DNA from: Flavobacteriales bacterium
GTDB taxonomy: Bacteria; Bacteroidota; Bacteroidia; CAIKAF01
Direction: 5' to 3'
Assembly (NCBI GenBank): GCA_044345355.1
Contig: JBIJBG010000002.1
Coordinates: 1 to 42,843, forward strand
Length of the DNA: 42,843 nucleotides
Part shown: positions 9,748 through 18,864 of the stretch, in pieces
How the letters are laid out: every line of letters begins with the position of its first letter
How positions within the stretch are numbered: position 1 is the first letter of the stretch
Made by a program: the position numbers and the translations under genes
Notes under the pieces: model-generated
Told to the model about the DNA's origin: nothing
The model's input: only the letters and a program-made list of their open reading frames with translations
Database searches by the model: none

Positions 9748-9778
9748 AAAAAGTTTGATGTAGTTAAAACTTCAGGTC

Positions 9779-10618
9779 CTATTTCTTCACGAAACGTGAC
9801 GTGTACACCTGTCCGTTTTTGAGCAGTTCCACCACATAGTACCCTGCAGTGAATACCGATACGTTTAGTGTAGCTGAAGAATGATTCAACTGCTGATTCA
9901 AAACTGTTTTTCCCTGCACGTCAATCACCCGGACAGAGCTGCCGATGAGGTGATCCGGAACGGAGATATTGAGCATTTCTTCAGCCGGGTTCGGAAACAG
10001 GTTAAATGCATTGACGATGCTTTCCGTAAGTCCGGCTCCCGGCGCTTCGGAAACGGTGAGGCTGCCGGTGTAGATCTGGTCGCCTGAGTCGCTGTTATTT
10101 CCGTTGGCCGAGTTACCTGCGGCAAAGAACGTAACGTCTCCCGTGCCTGAAGCCGGAGCAGTCCACTGGAAAGAGAATGTATATGAAGAATTGGGGCCAC
10201 TGCCGGCCACGGAGGAATTATGCACAATAAACTGTCCGCCTGATTTGGCCAATGTGGTTGCATCTGACGCAGCAAAGCCATTGGTAAACGTACTTGTGCC
10301 CGATTTTACGGCAGAAGCGGAAAAACCATATTTACTGCCGTTAGAACCACCCGCCGTCACCTGCACCTGCACGGAATACGGTTGGCCGGGAACATAACCT
10401 GTCGCTGGAACGTCCGTAATTACGGTCACACTTCCGCCTCCGGAGTTGAGGGTACCTGTATGGCAACCCGAGGTGTTGCAGGTGAGCCCTCCGTTTACCG
10501 CTGAATAATTGGCGCTCAGCGATTGGCCGGAATTTTTGGCTATGAGATGCTTGGGCAAAAGCACGTATCCGCCGGAAAAAAAGATAAAACTACCTACCAA
10601 AATGTACCACTTCTTCAT
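9779..10618 (-). CDS. Secreted protein with T9SS type A C-terminal sorting domain. The N-terminal domain is tentatively Reeler / choice-of-anchor-like.
   Basis: Signal/anchor MKKWYILVGSFIFFSGG. The C-terminal ~80 aa (FNLFPNPAEEMLNISV...GYYVVELLKNGQVYTSRFVKK) matches the T9SS CTD pattern. LTCNTSGCHTG followed by an Ig-like stretch recalls choice-of-anchor domains. Confidence 0.7.
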   Translation of the reverse strand: MKKWYILVGSFIFFSGGYVLLPKHLIAKNSGQSLSANYSAVNGGLTCNTSGCHTGTLNSGGGSVTVITDVPATGYVPGQPYSVQVQVTAGGSNGSKYGFSASAVKSGTSTFTNGFAASDATTLAKSGGQFIVHNSSVAGSGPNSSYTFSFQWTAPASGTGDVTFFAAGNSANGNNSDSGDQIYTGSLTVSEAPGAGLTESIVNAFNLFPNPAEEMLNISVPDHLIGSSVRVIDVQGKTVLNQQLNHSSATLNVSVFTAGYYVVELLKNGQVYTSRFVKK

Positions 10619-10732
10619 ATTTACTTAGTTTAGGATGCATAGTTAGTGCAATTTACAAACAATCCTGCTTTTTCAAAAAAATAATTTAAACAGGCACCCT
10701 TCCATTTTGCATAAAAAGGCATAATGTATTCC

Positions 10733-10770
10733 AAAAAAACGGGGGTATTCTCTTCGGAAAATCCCCCCGT
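10733..10770 (-). terminator. Rho-independent terminator downstream of sdhB
   Basis: The minus-strand RNA reads ACGGGGGGAUUUUC-CGAA-GAGAAUACCCCCGU followed by UUUUUUU. This is a 14-bp stem with 1 mismatch and 1 G-U pair, ~25 nt after the sdhB stop. Confidence 0.75.
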
Positions 10771-10794
10771 TCAGGTATGCTTTAATATAGAAAC

Positions 10795-11556
10795 TTATTT
10801 ACCCGTCAGATTGGCCAGCAGATATTCCCGGTTCATGCGGGCTATATTTTCCAGAGAGATGCCTTTGGGGCATTCTTCGGCACAGGCTCCCGTATTGGTG
10901 CAGTTACCGAAACCTTCCTCATCCATCTTGTTTACCATGTTCAGCACCCGTTCGTGGCGCTCGGGATCGCCCTGAGGAAGCAGTGAAAACTGAGATACCT
11001 TGGCAGATACGAATAGCATGGCGGATGAATTTTTACAGGCCGCTACGCAGGCCCCGCAGCCTATACAGGCAGCAGCGGCAAAAGCAGCATCGGCATCTTC
11101 TTTGGGAATGGGCAGGCTGTTGGCATCCTGTGCATTTCCCGTGTTTACACTGATGAAACCGCCGGCAGCCATGATACGGTCAAATGACGAGCGATCCACG
11201 GCCAAATCCTTAATTACGGGGAAGGCTGCTGCACGCCAGGGCTCCACCACAATGGTATCGCCATCCTTAAAGCTGCGCATGTGAAGCTGACATGTGGTTA
11301 CTAAATCATTCGGGCCGTGTGGGCGCCCGTTGATATACATACTGCACATTCCGCAGATTCCCTCGCGGCAGTCGTGATCAAATGCTACCGGATCTTTTCC
11401 TTCATGAATAAGACCTTCGTTAAGCACGTCGAACATTTCCAGAAATGACATATCCTCTGAAATGCCCGAAACGGGATATGTTTCAAAACGGCCTCTTTCA
11501 TTTCCGTTTTTCTGACGCCATATTTTCAGCGTTAAGTTCATTCCGGTTGTACTCAT
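10795..11556 (-). CDS. sdhB: Succinate dehydrogenase / fumarate reductase iron-sulfur subunit
   Basis: A 2Fe-2S cluster motif [15 protein letters not shown]...C, plus 4Fe-4S and 3Fe-4S motifs [11 protein letters not shown] and [12 protein letters not shown]. 253 aa. It lies downstream of sdhA. Confidence 0.92.
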   Translation of the reverse strand: MSTTGMNLTLKIWRQKNGNERGRFETYPVSGISEDMSFLEMFDVLNEGLIHEGKDPVAFDHDCREGICGMCSMYINGRPHGPNDLVTTCQLHMRSFKDGDTIVVEPWRAAAFPVIKDLAVDRSSFDRIMAAGGFISVNTGNAQDANSLPIPKEDADAAFAAAACIGCGACVAACKNSSAMLFVSAKVSQFSLLPQGDPERHERVLNMVNKMDEEGFGNCTNTGACAEECPKGISLENIARMNREYLLANLTGK

Positions 11557-11583
11557 ATTGTAAATTTTTGTTGTCTGTTCATT

Positions 11584-11989
11584 GTTATCTGTTATCCGTT
11601 TGTTTCTTCTTACCGAGATAATTTATGTATCCATTTAAAAGAGCTAATGCTGCATTTATTTTTGAGTTGTATGAGATATATTCTTCATCACTTATATAAT
11701 TCTCCTCTTTTGCAATTATCAAATGGTCTTTTAACTCAAATAACGAACCTCTGCTATGCCTACAAAATTGAATGTTCTCCTGATAATGATATCTGCCATA
11801 ACCCTCAGCAATATTATTGGTTATTGATCTGGAACATCTTATCATCTGATCTGTCAATTTGTACTTTTCATCTGTCGGAAATGTTTTGACCAGTTTTGAA
11901 ATGTTTATTCTTAAGTCTCTACATTTTTTCCAAACCTCTAAATCTTCAAAAGAACGTAAACTTTCCACTATTAACAATTAACAGATAAC
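11584..11989 (-). mobile_element. 406-bp AT-rich cassette bounded by perfect 11-bp inverted repeats and a flanking CATT direct repeat. Its only cargo is a four-helix-bundle gene.
   Basis: GTTATCTGTTA at 11584-11594 and its exact reverse complement TAACAGATAAC at 11979-11989. CATT at 11580-11583 and again at 11990-11993. Hand-counted 60-nt lines give ~27% G+C inside versus ~48% in adjacent sdhA. Confidence 0.55.
11585..11977 (-). CDS. Four-helix-bundle protein (23S rRNA intervening-sequence protein family, TIGR02436; Avd-like fold)
   Basis: The family consensus is clearly present: [10 protein letters not shown]..., [61 protein letters not shown]. There is no ATG start; candidates are TTG 11977 or in-frame GTG 11968, with an in-frame stop at 11978-11980. 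The stop codon lies inside the left inverted repeat. Confidence 0.88.
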   Translation of the reverse strand: MLIVESLRSFEDLEVWKKCRDLRINISKLVKTFPTDEKYKLTDQMIRCSRSITNNIAEGYGRYHYQENIQFCRHSRGSLFELKDHLIIAKEENYISDEEYISYNSKINAALALLNGYINYLGKKKQTDNR

Positions 11990-12003
11990 CATTTCTCCAT
12001 TAA

Positions 12004-14004
12004 CTATTTATAAGACCGCTGAGCGATTTTTATGTTCTCGTAAACAAGATTTTCTTTGTGAAGTTCCCAGTTGCCTACTTCTTTCATCTCCCAGGCGGAA
12101 ACAAACGAGTAATCGGCATCATCGCGGAGTGCTTCACCTTCCTCGGTCTGGTATTCCTCGCGGAAGTGACCACCGCAGGACTCATTGCGGGTAAGCGCAT
12201 CCAGACACATGAGTTCGCCCAATTCCAGGAAATCGGCCACGCGGCCTGCTTTCTCCAACTCGGGATTAAACTCATCCGCAGAACCGGGCACCCGCACATC
12301 TTTCCAAAACTCCTCGCGCAGGGCACGGATTTCGGAGATAGCCTTTTTCAATCCTTGTTCATTGCGGGCCATACCGCATTCATCCCACATGATTTTGCCC
12401 AGTTTTTTGTGGAAATAATCTACCGATTTGGACCCTTTGATGGAGAAGAATTGATTGATACGTTCGCGCACCGCATTTTCAGCTTCGGCAAAGGCCGGAT
12501 GATCAGTAGGTATGGATGCCGTTTTGATATCAGCGGAAAGATATGACCCGATAGTGTAGGGAATCACAAAGTACCCGTCGGCCAAGCCCTGCATCAGAGC
12601 AGATGCGCCGAGACGGTTGGCGCCGTGATCGGAGAAGTTGGCCTCTCCCAATGCGTATAGCCCGGGAATGGTGGTCATTAATTCATAATCGACCCACAGG
12701 CCGCCCATGGTATAATGCACAGCAGGAAATATTTTCATGGGCACTTCGTAGGGGTCTTCACCTGTGATTTGTTTATACATATCAAACAGGTTGCCATACT
12801 TTTCTTTTACTACTTCTTTGCCTAAGTTACGGATGGTATCTGCATCGGGATTGCTAAGGTTTTGCTTGGTGGCTTCGATTTTGCCGTAACGCTCAATGGC
12901 CGCTGCATAATCTAAAAACACGGCCTGACCGGTGGGATTTACTCCAAAACCGGCATCGCAGCGTTCTTTTGCAGCGCGTGAAGCCACGTCGCGGGGAACG
13001 AGGTTTCCGAATGCGGGGTATCTTCGTTCCAAGTAATAATCTCTGTCTGCCTCCGGAATATCATTTCCTTTTTTTGTGCCTTTGCGCAGGGCTTCGGCAT
13101 CTTCCTGCTTTGCGGGAACCCAGATTCGTCCATCGTTACGGAGCGACTCAGACATCAACGTAAGTTTCGACTGATGGTCTCCCGACACGGGAATACAGGT
13201 GGGGTGAATCTGCGTAAAGCAGGGATTACCGAAATACGCCCCTTTTTTGTGAGCCTTCCAGGCCGCGGTGACGTTGCTTCCCATGGCATTGGTGCTGAGG
13301 AAAAACACATTTCCGTAGCCGCCGGAGCAAAGCAAGACGGCATGGCCGAAGTGACGCTCTAACTCGCCCGTAATCAGATTTCGGGCAATGATTCCTCGGG
13401 CTTTCCCGTCAATCATGACCACATCCAACATCTCGTGGCGGGCGTACAACTGTACGTTACCCATTCCCACCTGGCGTTGAAGTGAACTGTAAGCTCCAAG
13501 CAGTAACTGCTGCCCCGTTTGGCCGGCGGCATAAAAAGTGCGTTGCACCTGTGTACCTCCGAAGGAACGGTTGGAGAGCAAACCGCCATATTCTCTGGCG
13601 AATGGAACGCCCTGGGCCACACATTGGTCAATGATGCTTCCGGAAACCTCCGCCAGGCGGTGTACGTTACCTTCCCGCGAACGGTAATCGCCTCCCTTAA
13701 TGGTATCGTAGAAAAGACGGTAGACACTATCGCCGTCGTTCTGGTAATTTTTTGCCGCATTAATGCCGCCCTGGGCCGCTATACTGTGCGCACGGCGCGG
13801 GGAATCCTGAAAACAGAACACCTTCACTTTATATCCCAGTTCGGCCAGCGAAGATGCGGCAGATGCGCCGGCCAGTCCGGTACCTACCACTACGATTTCC
13901 AACTTACGTTTGTTGGCCGGATTTACGAGAGGAACGGAAGACTTGTATTTGACCCATTTTGAGTCAATGGATCCTTCGGGAATTTTGGAATTCAATTTAT
14001 TCAT
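12004..14004 (-). CDS. sdhA: Succinate dehydrogenase / fumarate reductase flavoprotein subunit
   Basis: FAD-binding [13 protein letters not shown], the covalent-FAD His region [14 protein letters not shown], and HYTMGG and RLGASAL blocks. 666 aa, the Bacteroidetes/Bacillus-type long form. Confidence 0.93.
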   Translation of the reverse strand: MNKLNSKIPEGSIDSKWVKYKSSVPLVNPANKRKLEIVVVGTGLAGASAASSLAELGYKVKVFCFQDSPRRAHSIAAQGGINAAKNYQNDGDSVYRLFYDTIKGGDYRSREGNVHRLAEVSGSIIDQCVAQGVPFAREYGGLLSNRSFGGTQVQRTFYAAGQTGQQLLLGAYSSLQRQVGMGNVQLYARHEMLDVVMIDGKARGIIARNLITGELERHFGHAVLLCSGGYGNVFFLSTNAMGSNVTAAWKAHKKGAYFGNPCFTQIHPTCIPVSGDHQSKLTLMSESLRNDGRIWVPAKQEDAEALRKGTKKGNDIPEADRDYYLERRYPAFGNLVPRDVASRAAKERCDAGFGVNPTGQAVFLDYAAAIERYGKIEATKQNLSNPDADTIRNLGKEVVKEKYGNLFDMYKQITGEDPYEVPMKIFPAVHYTMGGLWVDYELMTTIPGLYALGEANFSDHGANRLGASALMQGLADGYFVIPYTIGSYLSADIKTASIPTDHPAFAEAENAVRERINQFFSIKGSKSVDYFHKKLGKIMWDECGMARNEQGLKKAISEIRALREEFWKDVRVPGSADEFNPELEKAGRVADFLELGELMCLDALTRNESCGGHFREEYQTEEGEALRDDADYSFVSAWEMKEVGNWELHKENLVYENIKIAQRSYK

Positions 14005-14015
14005 AATGCGGATCG

Positions 14016-14744
14016 CTATTTAATAAGGTCGGCTACGCCCATGATGTTGAAATAAAACATAATCGGGAAGGAGGCAAAACCTACGGTAATGAGTGCGGAG
14101 TAGCCTACGGCCATTTTTTCGAGAAGGGGATCGTACTTGGTGTTATTCAATCCGATGGACTGAAACCCCGAACGGATGCCATGCGAAAGGTGCATACCGA
14201 TTAAAATGACAGATATCAGGTAAATTCCTGCGTACCATGGATTCTGCAGGGCAAAGGCCACCGATTTGGCCAAGGTAATTTTATCGCCTACGGGCTCTAT
14301 ACCGCCCACGGTACCTTGGATGCGGTACGGCAGAAAAAAATTGTACAGGTGCACGATGAGAAAAAACAAGATGACGCTGCCCGTAAGTCCCATGTTTTTG
14401 GAAACCCAGCTTGTTTTAGCTTTAGAACCTGACGCATATTCTACGGGGCGGGCTTTTTTATTTTCCATGGTTAAACGGACAGCCTGCACCACATGATAAA
14501 TAATGGAACCGAAAAGAAACACTTCCACAATGCGAATCAAAATACTGGTCACTAAAGCATGGGATGCTTCATTAAAGGCCTTTCCTCCGTCGGTAGGATC
14601 AAAAATCGGTTTATAAAGAAGTAAGTTGGTGTAGAGGTGGTTGGCCAGAAAGAAAGCCAGAAAAAGGCCGGTGAGGGCCATTAACACTTTCTTGCCTATG
14701 CTGGAGTTGACCACTGCTGAAATTTTTGCCGTAGATACTGCCAT
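14016..14744 (-). CDS. sdhC: Succinate dehydrogenase cytochrome b subunit (b558 family, five-TM type)
   Basis: Polytopic membrane protein directly upstream of sdhA, with [24 protein letters not shown] near the N-terminus as in the family. The start was chosen at ATG 14744 (MAVSTAK...) rather than the track ATG 14792. Confidence 0.85.
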   Translation of the reverse strand: MAVSTAKISAVVNSSIGKKVLMALTGLFLAFFLANHLYTNLLLYKPIFDPTDGGKAFNEASHALVTSILIRIVEVFLFGSIIYHVVQAVRLTMENKKARPVEYASGSKAKTSWVSKNMGLTGSVILFFLIVHLYNFFLPYRIQGTVGGIEPVGDKITLAKSVAFALQNPWYAGIYLISVILIGMHLSHGIRSGFQSIGLNNTKYDPLLEKMAVGYSALITVGFASFPIMFYFNIMGVADLIK

Positions 14745-14780
14745 AATACGATTACAATTTTCTGCGTTTTGATTAGTGAA

Positions 14781-14788
14781 CAAAAGTA
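14781..14788 (-). promoter_or_regulatory. Candidate -7 promoter box for the sdh operon (TACTTTTG on the minus strand matches TAnnTTTG)
   Basis: The motif lies 37-44 nt upstream of the preferred sdhC ATG, in an AT-rich 290-bp intergenic region. No convincing -33 TTTG was found. Confidence 0.3.
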
Positions 14789-15033
14789 ACATTTACCTTT
14801 AAAAAGTTTACCTTTCCTCAACCAATATTTCATTTATATCAACAGATTTCCGGCCATTTGGTTTTATCAAAAATAAGTTCTTTAAAAAATTTAATATCAG
14901 GCTGCAGAAATTTGGCTTACCGGGCAGCTGAAAGCAAACCCTGGTTGGTTTTGCACATTCCAAATCGAATTAACGCGGATTTGAAATTATTCTCCAAAAA
15001 GGATAATTCTTTTAAAATCAGAAAAAAACAACC

Positions 15034-15738
15034 TTAAACGCCCAGCATCCCAGGCAGTTCGCCCAAATGCTTAATTACCCGGAAACGGGAGTTTTTCGCA
15101 TGAACAGCTTCCGGATCAAACAATATGGCCTGCATGCCGGAATCTATTGCACCAAGCACATCCACGGTAGGGTCATCGCCGATCATCAGGCTCTGAAAGG
15201 GGGCCGCCCCCGATTTCTTCAATGCAAAATCAAAAATGGCCGGATCGGGTTTTTTACTTCCCGCCATTTCGCTGGTGATTACATGCTTAAAATATTTTTT
15301 AAGTCCGGTGGATGTCAGTTTCAGATGCTGCACCTCCTCAAACCCATTAGTGATGATGTGCAACTCGTATCGCTGGGAAAGGGTGACTAACGTTTCATGC
15401 GCTCCCGGAAACAGAGCGGTTTTTTGGGGGGAACACAGCACATAGGCATCACCCAGAGCCTCGGCCAGAGATTCGTCTTCCAGGTCGAACGAAGCCAGGG
15501 TGAGCGAAAAGCGTCGCGTACGCAGATCGGCTTTCGAAATCAGGTTCTTTCGGTACAAGTCCCAACACAGATCATTATTGCTGATGTAAGCCTGCAAAAA
15601 AGCCTCCAGGCTGCCCACTCCCTTTTCGGCCAATTTCCAATCCAGAAAAATTTCAGACAGCGCTTCCCGGGAATTGGTCTCAAAATCCCAAAGAGTGCGG
15701 TCTAAATCAAAAAAGATATGGCGGATATCGGAATACAC
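15034..15738 (-). CDS. HAD-superfamily hydrolase, YjjG-like noncanonical pyrimidine nucleotidase type
   Basis: HAD motif I FFDLDRTLWDF, motif II ITNG, motif III/IV K...GDD (MIGDDPTVDVLGA). GTG start at 15738 with no in-frame ATG upstream (stop at 15757-15759), 4 nt after the preceding gene. Confidence 0.75.
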   Translation of the reverse strand: MYSDIRHIFFDLDRTLWDFETNSREALSEIFLDWKLAEKGVGSLEAFLQAYISNNDLCWDLYRKNLISKADLRTRRFSLTLASFDLEDESLAEALGDAYVLCSPQKTALFPGAHETLVTLSQRYELHIITNGFEEVQHLKLTSTGLKKYFKHVITSEMAGSKKPDPAIFDFALKKSGAAPFQSLMIGDDPTVDVLGAIDSGMQAILFDPEAVHAKNSRFRVIKHLGELPGMLGV

Positions 15739-15742
15739 TTTC

Positions 15743-16195
15743 TCAGAATAAAAGATTTACGGACGAAAGTAACAAAGTCCAGATTGTGATGGATGCCATC
15801 TGATACAGCAGAATTTTTTTCTTATTATGAAAGTAACGGACGGACAGAAAAGCTCCTAACGGAATGCTCAGAAACAGGGGCGTGAGCAGGGCGATGCCCA
15901 TAAGCCCGTAACGACTTTTTACGGCTACGAGCCTCCGGGTATTTTTGGTAAATTTCTTTTTTGGTTTTTGGGCCTTTCCGCGTCGTATCCATCTACCCAT
16001 AGCGGTGAATAACCGATCCAACAGTTCGCCGGCATAAATAAAAATCAAATTACCCAAAAGGCCTGCTGCCAGACCGAAGGCAAGAGATTCCAAAAAAGTA
16101 AATTGGTGCAGGCGGACCGTGGGCAGAAAGGCAATACCAAACTTAACGGAACAAAATAAGAGCCCGGTAAGCAAACCGATCCATTTTTCTGCCAT
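15743..16195 (-). CDS. Small polytopic membrane protein (architecture like small multidrug-export / DUF-type proteins)
   Basis: 150 aa with four hydrophobic segments separated by a basic loop (RRGKAQKPKKKFTKNTRR). It is packed tightly between upp (12-nt gap) and the HAD gene (4-nt gap). Confidence 0.6.
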   Translation of the reverse strand: MAEKWIGLLTGLLFCSVKFGIAFLPTVRLHQFTFLESLAFGLAAGLLGNLIFIYAGELLDRLFTAMGRWIRRGKAQKPKKKFTKNTRRLVAVKSRYGLMGIALLTPLFLSIPLGAFLSVRYFHNKKKILLYQMASITIWTLLLSSVNLLF

Positions 16196-16207
16196 GTTGT
16201 TCCCGTT

Positions 16208-16858
16208 TTACATTTTTTCGCCGAAAGCCAAATCGCCCGCATCGCCCAGCCCGGGAACGATGTAAGACTTGGCATTGAGCTCGGGATCTATGGCTCCCAC
16301 CCAGATGGTGGTATTTTCGGGCATGTGGCGCCGGGTGTATTCTAACCCTGCTTCACTGGCTAAAGCCGCAACGGCATGAACCGCCACCGGTTTTCCGGCC
16401 CTTTCCGCTATGGCCTGATACGCCATCACCATGGACTGCCCGGTGGCCAGCATGGGATCTGAAAGTATCAATACTTTTTGGTCCAGCCGTGGACAACTCA
16501 TATACTCAATTTTAATTTCAAATGTGCCGTTTTGATGGTGCTTACGGTAAGCGGAAATAAAGCAGTTGTCTGCCGCATCGAAATAATTGAGCATTCCCTG
16601 ATGCAGTGGCAGCCCTGCACGAAGAATGGTAGCGAGCACCAGAGAATCGGCAATTTGACCGCACTCGGATACTCCTAGCGGAGTCTGTATGCTTTTGGGC
16701 GTGTAATTCAATTTCTTACTTACCTCATAGGCCATGATTTCACCGATTCTTTCCAAATTTCGGCGAAAGCGCATGCGGTCCTGATGAATTTCCACGTTGC
16801 GCATTTGAGCAATGAACTCATTAAAAACAGAATTGTATTCTCCAATATGATGAATCAT
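16208..16858 (-). CDS. upp: Uracil phosphoribosyltransferase
   Basis: The PRPP-binding loop VLILSDPMLATGQS and C-terminal YIVPGLGDAGDLAFG are diagnostic. The start was moved to ATG 16858 (MIHHIGEY...), giving ~216 aa as in Upp. Confidence 0.9.
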   Translation of the reverse strand: MIHHIGEYNSVFNEFIAQMRNVEIHQDRMRFRRNLERIGEIMAYEVSKKLNYTPKSIQTPLGVSECGQIADSLVLATILRAGLPLHQGMLNYFDAADNCFISAYRKHHQNGTFEIKIEYMSCPRLDQKVLILSDPMLATGQSMVMAYQAIAERAGKPVAVHAVAALASEAGLEYTRRHMPENTTIWVGAIDPELNAKSYIVPGLGDAGDLAFGEKM

Positions 16859-16980
16859 GGTATGATTACTTTTACGGGTTAAAAGTACGCAGTTTTCGCC
16901 AAGCCTGCAAAAACCTAGACAGATGTTCATTCATTCAGGGGTGATGACCTCCGCAATATTTGTTACCTTTATGTGCATAC

Positions 16981-18555
16981 ATGGAAGGAATGTTTATACA
17001 TAAAAAAACAGGAACGGGCATAGTATTTTTTTTGGCGGGCATGTTCACGGGTTTTGCGCAGTCGCGCATTATCTGGGGAGAAGATCAGCGACTGAAATCA
17101 AATGATTTTTATTCGGGCATCCTCTGTGAAGCGGACAGTTCTCTCTTTCTTTTGAAGGTGCGCTCCGAAATATTCGGAGGAGATGGGTTTTATGCAGAAA
17201 AATTTTCCTCGGCGGGATTACGTGCCGAAAGCTCCTTCCCGCTTTTGTTGAAAGATGCACGCATCGCATTGGATGGAAAGGAATTGATTCCCCAATTCGA
17301 AAAAGTAGTGATGTTTAACGGAGAAATTACGGTATTCCTCACCGCTTATGACAAAAGCAGTGACAACAACATCGCCTTTGCGGCTACGTTTTCTCCGGCG
17401 CGAGGGGTACAAACCGGCTTAATAGAACTGGACCGCATAGAAAATGCCCGACGGTATAACACCGGCGGATTTGAATTTATTCTCTCACCCGACAGCCTTA
17501 AATTGATGGTGCTGAGAAAAACACCTTACCGAAAAAAAGAAAACGCACGGCTAGATCTCAAACTCTTCGATACTCAATTCAATCCCCTGAGCAGTCAATC
17601 CGTTTCACTTCCTTATAAAGACAAAAACTTTGAAATAGCTCGCTATGCAACAGACAACGAAGGTGGTGCAGTTCTTTTGGCCCGCATTGAAAGGGAACAA
17701 AAAGAATTCATCACCCCGGAGCCTGATTTTTACTACACCTTAATCGATTTCCCCGGCCGGGAAGGCGCGGTACTCTCCGAATATGAAATTAAAGCGGAAA
17801 ATAAACTGCTCAGCGATGTGGATTTTATGCTTACCGCCGAAGGAAAAATATTGGTATCGGGATTTTATTCCATACAAGGTCGTGAGGGCGTTCAAGGTAC
17901 TTTTTTCATGTCAGTGGACCGTAATCAGCAACACGTGATTTCCCAATCCACAAAGCCATTTGACAAGGCTCTTGTGCTTGATTTTATTAATGAAAAAAAA
18001 TTCAGCCGGGGCAACGGACTTCCCGGCTTCAACATGGATCATACCATTCCCGCCCATGACGGGGGCTTCTATGTAATATCTGAACAATACCTCATGAGTG
18101 AGGTGTGCGGTCGGGACGGGCGCGGTTTCATCAGTTGCAATTACTACTATCATTACAACAGCATCGTGGTATTTAAAATTGCCGAAGCCGGCGAAATCTT
18201 ATGGAATACAGTCATTCCAAAATTTCAGTTCTCCATCAATGACGAAGGTTTTTTCTCCTCATACGCGCTGGCCGTTTCAGACAGCAGCCTCCACCTTGTG
18301 TACAACGACCACCCCAAAAACATCCAGCTGGATAAGCCACGTGAATTTAAAATCATGACCAGGCCCTCGGCAGCCATGGCGATTCACGTAAAACTAAACC
18401 CGGACGGAACTTATATCAAGGAACCTCTTTTTGACAATAAGGAAAGTAAGATGATTTTGCGGCCAAAATTCAATGGACAGATGCGCAATGGCGAAATCAT
18501 CATATCCGCCGTTCCAAAAAATAATTACGTAAAGTTGGGGCGTATTTTATTTTAA
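16981..18555 (+). CDS. Hypothetical secreted protein, no recognised domain
   Basis: Uninterrupted 1.6-kb ORF with host-like composition. The track start 16960 is TTG. The first ATGs at 16981/16990 give MFIHKKTGTGIVFFLAGMFTGFAQS, a plausible signal peptide. Confidence 0.6.
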   Translation: MEGMFIHKKTGTGIVFFLAGMFTGFAQSRIIWGEDQRLKSNDFYSGILCEADSSLFLLKVRSEIFGGDGFYAEKFSSAGLRAESSFPLLLKDARIALDGKELIPQFEKVVMFNGEITVFLTAYDKSSDNNIAFAATFSPARGVQTGLIELDRIENARRYNTGGFEFILSPDSLKLMVLRKTPYRKKENARLDLKLFDTQFNPLSSQSVSLPYKDKNFEIARYATDNEGGAVLLARIEREQKEFITPEPDFYYTLIDFPGREGAVLSEYEIKAENKLLSDVDFMLTAEGKILVSGFYSIQGREGVQGTFFMSVDRNQQHVISQSTKPFDKALVLDFINEKKFSRGNGLPGFNMDHTIPAHDGGFYVISEQYLMSEVCGRDGRGFISCNYYYHYNSIVVFKIAEAGEILWNTVIPKFQFSINDEGFFSSYALAVSDSSLHLVYNDHPKNIQLDKPREFKIMTRPSAAMAIHVKLNPDGTYIKEPLFDNKESKMILRPKFNGQMRNGEIIISAVPKNNYVKLGRILF

Positions 18556-18563
18556 AAAGTAGC

Positions 18564-18590
18564 CGCTTATTCCATAAGCGTTTCTCTTTC
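18564..18590 (+). terminator. Possible terminator after the 531-aa gene
   Basis: CGCTTAT-tcc-ATAAGCG forms a 7-bp stem followed by the T-rich tttctctttcttttt. It overlaps the relic ppx stop codon. Confidence 0.35.
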
Positions 18591-18648
18591 TTTTTCCACC
18601 TGCTCCCTGTAAAGCTCTTTAATGATGCCGTCGCTCAGGCCTATTTTT
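18567..18648 (-). pseudogene. Orphan 3'-terminal fragment (last 26 codons plus stop) of a ppx gene
   Basis: 69 of 82 nt are identical to 19181-19262, the 3' end of the intact ppx. It encodes KIGLSDGIIKELYREQVEKERETLME* versus KIGLSDGIIKELYREQVEKERETLTE*. Upstream of 18648 the similarity stops abruptly. Confidence 0.8.
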
Positions 18649-18864
18649 CCTGACATGTCGTCTTTAATGCAATAAACTAAAATAACCAAAAATGAACTAC
18701 GTTTATTTGACTTTAATTCATTGATACAAATTTTGAAAAATACAGACAGTAAGTACGGGAATCTAATTCCTTCGAATTTCAAATTAATGCCAACTTGGTT
18801 TTCCATAATTATCCTGTTACTGCACTGAATTATAGGTCTATTTCCTGATGGCCTCGGATTTTTT

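Noticed and set aside
9779-10618. CNTSGCH in the small T9SS protein as a possible c-type heme-binding site
   Set aside because: The spacing is Cx4CH, not CxxCH. The motif is more consistent with a conserved feature of choice-of-anchor / Reeler-like domains.
12058-12546. Long antisense ORFs inside well-supported genes: 12058-12546 in sdhA, 8525-8956 and 9152-9592 in tgt, 29876-30439 in icd, 31055-31573 in purK, 6159-6551 in the hydrolase, 2736-3260 in hemS and 19386-19799 in ppx.
   Set aside because: These are shadow ORFs opposite strongly conserved coding frames. They have no recognisable motifs, and their composition mirrors the sense gene.
14745-14792. N-terminal extensions given by the ORF track for sdhC (14792), upp (16930), aat (29229), tgt (8495), alkB (21323), the 21295 T9SS protein, the 6866 hydrolase start and the 1150 TTG start
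   Set aside because: Alignment to known family N-termini, or the position of signal peptides, supports the internal ATG starts. The extensions have no homology and in some cases overlap neighbouring genes or promoter-like AT-rich DNA.
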